Shown: positions 9,401 to 16,152, counted from the stretch's first letter. The stretch: 32,000 nt of DNA from Pseudanabaena sp. UWO311 (GCF_006937785.1 NZ_SJEE01000026.1:1-32000); one strand, 5' to 3'. Translations and numbers: made by a program. Notes: generated by a model from the sequence alone, not told the origin.

Positions 9401-9832
9401 ATGGAAGAGTTGTTAGAACTAAAGGGATTTTTGCTCAGTGGCAATATCTCTGATGCTTTGCTGTTGGTGGAGGAGATGACAGAAATGAGCAAAGATGACA
9501 AATTAAATAAAATTTCCAGTTTTGCCAAGATTCTCCTATTGCATTTAATCAAGCGCCAAGCGGAAGGACGAACAACGAGATCGTGGGATGCTTCTATTGA
9601 AAATGCTGTTTATGAAATTCAGAAAACAAATCGTCGCCGTAAAGCAGGAGGGAGCTATCTGACTAAGGAAGAATTGCGGGAAGCAATCAGCGATGCTTAT
9701 CGGGTGGCGATATCAGGTGCGGCGGCTGAGGCTTTTGGTGGTTGTTATACAGTCATACAACTAGCGGCGATGGTCGATTGCGAGGCTATTATTAATCAGG
9801 CGATCGCTTTAATTTTGGGTGAGGCAACATGA
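9401..9832 (+). CDS. DUF29-like helical protein
   Basis: LLLHLIKRQAEGRTTRSWDASIENAVYEIQ resembles the DUF29 core (LL.HLLKWQYQP..RS.SW..TI). It shares an ATGA start/stop overlap with the NB-ARC gene. Confidence 0.5.
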   Translation: MEELLELKGFLLSGNISDALLLVEEMTEMSKDDKLNKISSFAKILLLHLIKRQAEGRTTRSWDASIENAVYEIQKTNRRRKAGGSYLTKEELREAISDAYRVAISGAAAEAFGGCYTVIQLAAMVDCEAIINQAIALILGEAT

Positions 9833-12159
9833 CGACAGATCCGAAAAATCAACAGTCGGCTTTACAAGGTAATGATGTGGCGCGCGACCTCACAATTGGT
9901 AACTTCGCACAGACAATCAACTACAACCAAATTATTCAAGAGGCAAAACTGACGGGGGGCAGCCTGATCAATTTGCCGCAGACTAATGTGACTTTTTTTG
10001 CGGGACGGGATGATGACCTGAAAAAAGTACATGAACTTTTACAGAAAAATCAGAGGGTGGCGGCAGTAGCTTTTGTGAAAGGGATGGGGGGTGTGGGGAA
10101 GTCAGAACTTGCCCTTCAATATTCGCTACGGCATTTTTTGACGGACTATAGCGGTGGAATCTGTTGGTTACGGGCAAATGAGGGGACTTTGCCGACCCAA
10201 TTACAGGATTTTGTACAGATACAGCTTGGGGAAATGATGCCCGATGGGTTAGATAGTGGCGAAAAGTTGGCGGGACATTGCTGGCGGCGGCTTTCGGATC
10301 GCTTGGAGGGGCAGATGTTGGTGGTGTTAGATGATGTGAAAAGTTCTGACGACGTGAATCCATTTTTGCCACCTCAGAATGGAAAGTTTTGGGTGTTGGC
10401 GACGACGCGGTTGGTATTGGGGAAATGGGATCAGCAATACACGTTAGATGTGTTGGTGTTGGCGGCGGCGGTGGATTTACTAAAGTCGTTTTTACCTGAA
10501 GCCGATCCGCGTCGGGGGAATGATGCGGAAATCGAGAGGCTTTGTGAGTGGTTGGGGCGGTTGCCTTTAGCGATCGAGTTGGTGGGGCGGTATTTGGCTT
10601 TGCCGAATCAGTTAGATACTGGTATTTCTGAGATCTTGCAACGCTTGCAAGGAGAATGTATGGTGCAGCTTTCGCAAATTACTGATGAAGAAAGGAAGTT
10701 ATTACCCAAAAATCTAAATGTGGCGGCTTCATTTTTCTTGAGTTGGCAAGAGTTGTCACCCTTGGCTCAACGTTTGGCTTGTATGCTGGGTTTGTTTGCC
10801 TTAGCGCCGATTCCTTGGGAACTAGCTGAAAATGCAGCACTCTTCAAGTTAGAAAATATACAAAGCAGCCGCCTGACTAAATTTATCAATGGTTTAGAAA
10901 ATATACAAAGCAGCCGCCTGACTAAATTTATCAATAAAACCTTGAAAAAAAATAATCCAAAAATAACAAAAGAAGACTTAAAAAAGGCTCGTGGTGAATT
11001 ATTGAATATAAATTTATTGCAAGTAATCTTTCTAGAGGATGTCCATTTTTATCATTTACATCAATTACTACGAGAGTATTTTAAATTTCAATACCAAAAA
11101 CATTCTGAATGGTCAAATATCAAGGATAAATTGATTTGCAGTTTAATTAAGTTTTGCAATAATTTATCTAATAATGAAAACTCATCAAACATTGCTACCA
11201 GTTATTTGAAACCACATTTAGGAATTCTTAAAGACAGAGAGAAAATATTTGATATCTGTAAATCTGATAATGAATTTATAGAAGATGTATTACGTGGATT
11301 TGGTAGCCTTAGAGATTACTATGAGAAGATAGGCTCATATTCTATTGCAGAGGATTGGGGAATTGAAAGCTTAGAGATCAGAAAAAAGTTTTATAGTGAG
11401 CAGCATTCTGATATTGCTCAAGATTGTAGCAAGCTTGCACATATCTACAATATGAATCAAAAATATAATGACGCAGTTGATTATTTTAAGCAAGCTATTC
11501 AAAAATACAAAAAGGCAGGTGAAATGCGTGAAGAGATAAAGAATGTGATCAAGGCTACAAGACTTAACTTTAAGTTAGACATATATTATGAGTTTGATTT
11601 GGAAAAGCACGAAAAAGAAAGTGAGAATTTATCTAATGATAAGCATGATTATGATCTGCGTTATGAAATCAAAGAATTAAGACAAGAAGAAGACAAACAA
11701 GCAAAACAAAAAGAAGAAAAGAGATTAAACTCTGTAAAAGAAGAAATTAAGATAGCTGTTGTTGGTTATCGTAATACTGGCAAAACAAGTTTTATCCGAA
11801 CATTAGTTAGAGACAAAGTTGGAATTGTAGAAGATAAAGCAGGAAGTACTATAGAGCCAGAAGAACACGAATGCTTGACTAATATAAAGCTAGTCGATTG
11901 TCCAGGGTTTATCAGTATTGATCAATACCAATCTTACAGAAGAGAAAAAGAGGAGAAATTACTCTCTAAAAGAGAAATATTAAGCAAAAACAAATGGACA
12001 GAAGAAACAATTGATCTATGCGAAAAAGCAATTAACAAAATAAAAATATCTGACATAGTTATTTATGTTGTCAGTTTAGAAAATCTTCACGATGAGGTAA
12101 CACAAAGAGAGATCGAGGAAATTAAAAATACAAACAAAAAAAATTATAGCTATTATTAA
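9829..12159 (+). CDS. STAND/NLR-like NTPase: NB-ARC module, winged-helix, TPR-like region, then the first half of a TRAFAC-type GTPase domain. The reading frame is interrupted at an A8 run.
   Basis: NB-ARC motifs: GMGGVGKSELA (10081-), LVVLDDV (10318-), WVLATTR, GRLPLAIELVG (about 10554-). GTPase motifs: G1 VGYRNTGKTS (11764-), G2-like GSTIEP, G3 DCPG (11896-11907). Confidence 0.85.
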   Translation: MTTDPKNQQSALQGNDVARDLTIGNFAQTINYNQIIQEAKLTGGSLINLPQTNVTFFAGRDDDLKKVHELLQKNQRVAAVAFVKGMGGVGKSELALQYSLRHFLTDYSGGICWLRANEGTLPTQLQDFVQIQLGEMMPDGLDSGEKLAGHCWRRLSDRLEGQMLVVLDDVKSSDDVNPFLPPQNGKFWVLATTRLVLGKWDQQYTLDVLVLAAAVDLLKSFLPEADPRRGNDAEIERLCEWLGRLPLAIELVGRYLALPNQLDTGISEILQRLQGECMVQLSQITDEERKLLPKNLNVAASFFLSWQELSPLAQRLACMLGLFALAPIPWELAENAALFKLENIQSSRLTKFINGLENIQSSRLTKFINKTLKKNNPKITKEDLKKARGELLNINLLQVIFLEDVHFYHLHQLLREYFKFQYQKHSEWSNIKDKLICSLIKFCNNLSNNENSSNIATSYLKPHLGILKDREKIFDICKSDNEFIEDVLRGFGSLRDYYEKIGSYSIAEDWGIESLEIRKKFYSEQHSDIAQDCSKLAHIYNMNQKYNDAVDYFKQAIQKYKKAGEMREEIKNVIKATRLNFKLDIYYEFDLEKHEKESENLSNDKHDYDLRYEIKELRQEEDKQAKQKEEKRLNSVKEEIKIAVVGYRNTGKTSFIRTLVRDKVGIVEDKAGSTIEPEEHECLTNIKLVDCPGFISIDQYQSYRREKEEKLLSKREILSKNKWTEETIDLCEKAINKIKISDIVIYVVSLENLHDEVTQREIEEIKNTNKKNYSYY
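10859..10945 (+). repeat. In-frame tandem duplication (45-nt period) at a compositional breakpoint
   Basis: A perfect 42-nt copy, ttagaaaatatacaaagcagccgcctgactaaatttatcaat, occurs at 10859-10900 and again at 10904-10945. It encodes LENIQSSRLTKFIN twice. Confidence 0.95.
12136..12143 (+). other. A8 homopolymer at the frame junction of the STAND gene (candidate slippage or indel site)
   Basis: The upstream frame stops at 12157-12159. The +1 frame is open from 12101 to 13036, and the two open frames overlap exactly across this A run. Confidence 0.8.
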
Positions 12160-13036
12160 TCAGTCTAATTCTATATCTTCTGACAAGAAAAATAGAATAC
12201 CCAAGTGGAAGCAATTCTTTAAAGATCAAGATGTCAAATATTATCTCGATTTTGATTGTTTTTGGGATAAACCATCAAAAATAGATTCACTATATTCATT
12301 TGTTTCAGAGAGCTTATCTGGAGATTTTAAAAAGAATCAGTCTTTTGCTTCTGCGCTGGAAATTTATGAAGACAAAAAATTAAAAAAATTAAAAAAAATT
12401 TGTACCGAATTTTCTAGTTGTTTAATTGATTGTAGAAAAATTAAGTTTCAAGTGGCAAATACTGAACAAGAAAGAGAGAACGCTCAAGAAGACTGCTCTA
12501 AAATGGCTTTGTCAATAATAAGAAAGTTTATCGAAGAAACACAAAAAGAATTTGAAATTGCAGTTAACATTAAACACTCAGACATTCAAGAAGTAATCTC
12601 AGCGAATGATTTTAACATCACGCATATTTCTAATGAAGCCGCATCTAAGACTGCAATATTTTCAGGACTTGGCGCTGTAATTGGCAGTGCAGTTCCATTG
12701 GTAGGAACAGCAATAGGAGCAGTAACAGGGTCATTGATAGGAGCAGGGATAGGTTATTTAACAACAAAAGACACAAAAATAGAGGTTAATTTGAGTTCAG
12801 CTAACTTAAACTGTATTTCTAGTTTTTGCTTGGCTTATTTATCCGCTTGTTTATTTTGTGGTTATGCAAAGTATGGTTATAAAATTGAAGATGAATACAG
12901 GAGACAACTAGATTGGCATAAAATAAAGACTTTGCTTAAAAACACAACTAAATATTGCAGTGAAAAAAATAATTTGATTGAATTAAGTGAAGAAGAAATG
13001 GTTACATGGTGTAATGACTTTCTTGTAAAACTTTAA
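12143..13036 (+). CDS. +1-frame continuation of the STAND gene: rest of the GTPase domain (degenerate G4), helical region, glycine-zipper/hydrophobic segment
   Basis: 117 open codons (12101-12451) with no ATG, GTG or TTG lie upstream of the track's GTG start. KKIIAIINQSN falls at the position expected for a G4 (NKxD) motif. The GxxxG-rich segment FSGLGAVIGSAVPLVGTAIGAVTGSLIGAGIGY spans 12653-12760. Confidence 0.7.
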   Translation: MIAIINQSNSISSDKKNRIPKWKQFFKDQDVKYYLDFDCFWDKPSKIDSLYSFVSESLSGDFKKNQSFASALEIYEDKKLKKLKKICTEFSSCLIDCRKIKFQVANTEQERENAQEDCSKMALSIIRKFIEETQKEFEIAVNIKHSDIQEVISANDFNITHISNEAASKTAIFSGLGAVIGSAVPLVGTAIGAVTGSLIGAGIGYLTTKDTKIEVNLSSANLNCISSFCLAYLSACLFCGYAKYGYKIEDEYRRQLDWHKIKTLLKNTTKYCSEKNNLIELSEEEMVTWCNDFLVKL

Positions 13037-13090
13037 AATAATCAAAATAAAATATTTTATTTTCAATCAAACTTTAGTAGCAAGCAAAAA

Positions 13091-13369
13091 ACTTACTCAT
13101 CGCAAGGGAAGTAAAACGAAGCCGAACCTCTCTTTATGCGATCGCTCTCTATCAGGGAACGCCAACTAGGAACAGACCATCCCAATGTCGCCGCCAGTCT
13201 ATTCAACTTAGCCGCCCTCTATCAAAATAAAAATACCCAACGTCATCCCGAAGCCCTGCAATCCATCCAACGCACCATCCAAATTTACGAACGAAAACTT
13301 GGCACTGAGCATCCCAATACTCAAGCAGCACTCAGTTGGCTTCAGGCGATCCGTGAGGCATCTCTATGA
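13091..13369 (+). pseudogene. Remnant 3' end of a KLC-type TPR (TPR_10/12-like) gene with an internal TAA
   Basis: [42 protein letters not shown]...LGTEHPNTQAALSWLQAIREASL. There is an in-frame TAA at 13112-13114 where TPR repeats normally have Tyr. GC content returns to the host level here. Confidence 0.7.
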
Positions 13370-14137
13370 TTGCAACTGACGCACCTGCTCAACTTTTAAG
13401 CCAGTAACCTGAGCAACTTGCTCAATATCCATACCAGACTTCAGCAAATTTAGAGCGATTTCTTGGCGACCCTTTAGCAAGCCTTTTCTTAGTCCTCTTT
13501 GCAAACCCTTTAATTCGCCTTCTCGCAAAGCATCTTTATATACTCTGGTATTTTTTATATCACTGAGTGTAAACATCGCTTCAATCTCCTCGCGGCTTAA
13601 GTTTTTAAATTTGGACACAAGCACAGCTTCGACTAATTCCATAATATCAGGATTTAAGTTTTGCTGCTTCAAACCCTGCACAATTTTCGGCGCATCACTT
13701 TCTGGGCTTGTAATTAACTGAACTATAGCGATCGCCACTGACTCAGACTCACCCAACTCATCGAGATAAATTGGTATTAAACGTTGATTATCAATCAACT
13801 CTTGCTGAAAACTTGATAATTTGGTGGGAGCAACTTGGCGATCGGCAAATATTGCAACTGCCTTCCAATCATTTTCTGGCTCATATTGACTGAGATACAA
13901 TAAAATCTCGCTGAGAAATTCCCAATAGAAATTAGCTTTTTTCTGAAACTGTACCTCTACAAAGTAAATCGGCTTGTCTATCCTATCAGGAGCAAAGATG
14001 CCATCAAATCGAAAAGCCTTCTCTTTCACTTCCACTGAAATAAACTCATATCCCTCTTCAAACGGTTGATTGAGAAGTTCAAACAGCAGCGTATTAAAAG
14101 TTTGAAAGAGTTTATAAAAAATCGTGTCAGTTCGCAT
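13364..14137 (-). CDS. Rpn-family recombination-promoting nuclease / putative transposase (PD-(D/E)XK; cyanobacterial DUF2887/DUF4351 type)
   Basis: MRTDTIFYKLFQTF N-terminus, FDGIFAP...PIYFVEVQFQK nuclease core, and a basic C-terminal tail with GLKVEQVRQL. Confidence 0.75.
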   Translation of the reverse strand: MRTDTIFYKLFQTFNTLLFELLNQPFEEGYEFISVEVKEKAFRFDGIFAPDRIDKPIYFVEVQFQKKANFYWEFLSEILLYLSQYEPENDWKAVAIFADRQVAPTKLSSFQQELIDNQRLIPIYLDELGESESVAIAIVQLITSPESDAPKIVQGLKQQNLNPDIMELVEAVLVSKFKNLSREEIEAMFTLSDIKNTRVYKDALREGELKGLQRGLRKGLLKGRQEIALNLLKSGMDIEQVAQVTGLKVEQVRQLQS

Positions 14138-14300
14138 GAGAAAACAATAAAATAGAAGTTATCATTAGCTGAGCGAAAGCATACTCAGCAAATTCTAGAA
14201 ATCTTTCAGCCGAATCTCGATTTCCCATCGCTAAAATATAATTTGCCTGTCGCCTGATATCTTGGGTTGCGCGATCGCGAACAATTATCGGAAAAGCTAT
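14127..14300 (-). pseudogene. parE: Truncated parE/relE-family toxin remnant
   Basis: (I)AFPIIVRDRATQDIRRQANYILAMGNRDSAERFLEFAEYAFAQL matches the first half of ParE. An ATA codon stands where a start is expected, directly after the parD stop. The reading frame runs into the Rpn gene start after about 45 ParE-like residues. Confidence 0.55.
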
Positions 14301-14305
14301 ACCTG

Positions 14306-14560
14306 CTACAGCTCTGTTCCAAGTACCGACAACCGCAGATCTTGCCAATAAGCTGAAGTTACCAGTTCAGGCTCTGAGTTCAACCCCTCTTGTAACAAAC
14401 TCACTAGTTTTGTCTGAGCCTCCTTCCTCTGACGATCTTGGTTCAGCAAAGACAGAAAATAATCCGCCACAGTATTATAAGTTCCAGACTGAATCTGTCC
14501 TTGAACATAGGACTCAAGTTCCTTTGGTATTGGAAAACTTACATTCATAAACCTTTTCAA
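14306..14560 (-). CDS. parD: ParD-family (RHH) antitoxin
   Basis: YVQGQIQSGTYNTVADYFLSLLNQDRQRKEAQTKLVSLLQEGLNS matches the ParD pattern (SQI.SGRY.SASEVIR.ALRLL...LL.EG..SG). Confidence 0.75.
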   Translation of the reverse strand: MKRFMNVSFPIPKELESYVQGQIQSGTYNTVADYFLSLLNQDRQRKEAQTKLVSLLQEGLNSEPELVTSAYWQDLRLSVLGTEL

Positions 14561-14591
14561 GATGAATTAAAGTACTATCAACGATTTTAGC

Positions 14592-14720
14592 ATTAGTCAA
14601 GAACTAGGATCAGACCATCCGACGACTCAAAATGCGATCATTTGGCTTCAGAGGATCAAGGAAAAGGGTAAAAGGAAAAAATGTGGATTTTTTGAGTTGT
14701 GTTGGTTGATGTTATCTTAG
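14592..14720 (+). pseudogene. Second decayed TPR-gene 3' tail
   Basis: ISQELGSDHPTTQNAIIWLQRIKEKG parallels LGTEHPNTQAALSWLQAIRE at 13300-13360. The nucleotide block tggcttcag.gatc is shared. Confidence 0.45.
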
Positions 14721-14832
14721 GACATAGGATTAGGCTAAAAATATATGTATCAAGTCACACTAAATTACGCCAAAGCAAACCTTGATGAACTATGCGATCG
14801 GGCAGGTCAAGAACCAGAAGGAGTAGCGATCG
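14631..14832 (+). repeat. Direct repeat copy 1 (TPR tail end + spacer + phd 5' end)
   Basis: Shares these blocks with 15217-15398: gttggttgat.tt.tct, acataggatta.gctaaaaata, caaagcaaac.ttgatgaactatgcgat, tagcgatcg. Confidence 0.65.
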
Positions 14833-14996
14833 TTCGTGAAAATCGTAGTTATATTCTGATTACTCAAGAAGAATGGGAATCTCTAATTGAAACTGCGGAA
14901 TTAATGCAACTACCAAACCTGCTCAACCAAGTTGCATCGGCACGCCAAGAATATCAAGCAGGAGAAGCACTCTCTATGGAGCAAGTCTTTGGATGA
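14745..14996 (+). CDS. Phd/YefM-family antitoxin
   Basis: 83 aa. YAKANLDELCDRA...VAIVRENRSYILITQEEWESLIETAELM is a typical Phd/YefM fold signature. Confidence 0.8.
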   Translation: MYQVTLNYAKANLDELCDRAGQEPEGVAIVRENRSYILITQEEWESLIETAELMQLPNLLNQVASARQEYQAGEALSMEQVFG

Positions 14997-15103
14997 AAAT
15001 CTACAGAGTCCTCTTTTCTAAACAAGCTCAAAAAGATATCAGCGAACTCACATCTAAACAAAAAGCGAAACTCCAAGAAATTTTACGAACCCAAAGTCTT
15101 TGA
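14993..15103 (+). pseudogene. Truncated RelE/ParE-family toxin (36 codons)
   Basis: ATGA overlap with the phd stop. MKIYRVLFSKQAQKDISELTSKQKAKLQEIL matches a RelE/ParE N-terminus. There is a stop at 15101-15103, and no recognisable RelE C-terminus appears in any frame downstream. Confidence 0.5.
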
Positions 15104-15216
15104 AGTCGAATTTAGCGACCTCAATGGAAGAGCCTATGCCATAGAAACCCTAACAGAAAGACAGTTAATGGTTTTATATCATCACCCCATCCAAGAAAGA
15201 CAATTAGTTTCTGCCT

Positions 15217-15398
15217 AATGCGATCAAGGAAAAAGGAAAAGGAAAAAAGGTGGATTTGTTTTTTTGTTGGTTGATATTGTCTCAAAACATAGGATTAAGC
15301 TAAAAATAATACGCATCAGATCGCGGTAGATTATGTCAAAGCAAACATTGATGAACTATGCGATTAAACTTGCCGAGAACTTCAAGGAATAGCGATCG
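15217..15398 (+). repeat. Direct repeat copy 2 (degenerate; contains a dead phd 5' fragment)
   Basis: Aligns with 14631-14832 apart from a 17-nt deletion and substitutions. The phd start region is lost, and only a 19-codon remnant (MSKQTLMNYAIKLAENFKE) remains. Confidence 0.65.
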
Positions 15399-15443
15399 CT
15401 AAAACAAATTACATAGTTTAAAATTAAGAAAAAGGACACAGCT

Positions 15444-15704
15444 ATGAATACATCAGTCAAAACGGTCAAAGTTTACGACGAAATCGTAGATTTTATTGCT
15501 GCTGGCACTACACCCCAAAGCTTAATTGACTTTCGCCTTTCCGAAACCGCACAAGATCGATTAGAGGATTTAATTCACAGCGCCAAAAACAATGAGCTTA
15601 CCAAAGAAGATAAGCGAGAATTAGATAATTTCTTGACCCTAGAACATATCTTGACTTTAGCTAAAGCCAAAGCTTATAAATACATTAATCCTGAGCCTAA
15701 ATAA
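15444..15704 (+). CDS. Small acidic helical protein, putative partner/antitoxin of the downstream HNH protein
   Basis: 86-aa ORF whose stop lies 1 nt before the HNH gene start. The motif ELDNFLTLEHILTLAKAKA recurs in small cyanobacterial proteins (recognised from memory only). Confidence 0.5.
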   Translation: MNTSVKTVKVYDEIVDFIAAGTTPQSLIDFRLSETAQDRLEDLIHSAKNNELTKEDKRELDNFLTLEHILTLAKAKAYKYINPEPK

Positions 15705-15705
15705 A

Positions 15706-16152
15706 ATGACGCGCACCTATATTAGCGTTCAGTTAAGGCGTTTAGTCATTGAACGTGCTGACAGCATCTGTGAATATTGTTTAATTTCTTCAGCAGATAG
15801 ATCTTCTGGTTGCCAAGTTGACCATATCATCAGTGTTAAGCATGGCGGAGATACTACACCAGACAATCTTTGTTATGCTTGCACATTCTGTAATCTACAA
15901 AAAGGAACAGATTTAGGATCGATTAATTGGCGAAATGGCGAACTCGTCAGATTCTTTAATCCTCGCAGAGATTTTTGGGGAGAACACTTTCAACTGGATG
16001 GAGCCATGATTCAGTCAGTTACAGATATTGGCGAAGTAACAGCACGTATCCTTGATTTCAATAATGAAGAAAGAGTCTTAGAAAGACAGTTATTAATAAA
16101 AGTTGATAGATATCCTTTAGACGTAGCAAAAAAGAGAATCTGCAAGTTGTAA
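15706..16152 (+). CDS. HNH endonuclease family protein
   Basis: CEYCLIS...CQVDHIISVKHGGDTTPDNLCYACTFCNLQKG contains the Cys4 zinc site and the H-N-H catalytic pattern. Confidence 0.85.
   Translation: MTRTYISVQLRRLVIERADSICEYCLISSADRSSGCQVDHIISVKHGGDTTPDNLCYACTFCNLQKGTDLGSINWRNGELVRFFNPRRDFWGEHFQLDGAMIQSVTDIGEVTARILDFNNEERVLERQLLIKVDRYPLDVAKKRICKL

Noticed and set aside
9983-10372. 129-aa minus-strand ORF inside the NB-ARC region
   Set aside because: It is antisense to the P-loop/Walker B coding segment. Its Pro/Ser-rich low-complexity product is typical of the antisense of G-rich codons.
12136-12149. Programmed -1 ribosomal frameshifting on the A8 run
   Set aside because: The -1 frame reads aaa tta tag and stops at 12147-12149. 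Only a +1 shift, or a 1-nt deletion, joins the two long open frames.
13136-13369. 77-aa ORF in the track, read as an independent small TPR protein
   Set aside because: The TPR-like frame extends upstream to about 13091 through an in-frame TAA. There is no plausible independent promoter or start context, so it is better explained as the relic 3' end of a larger TPR gene.
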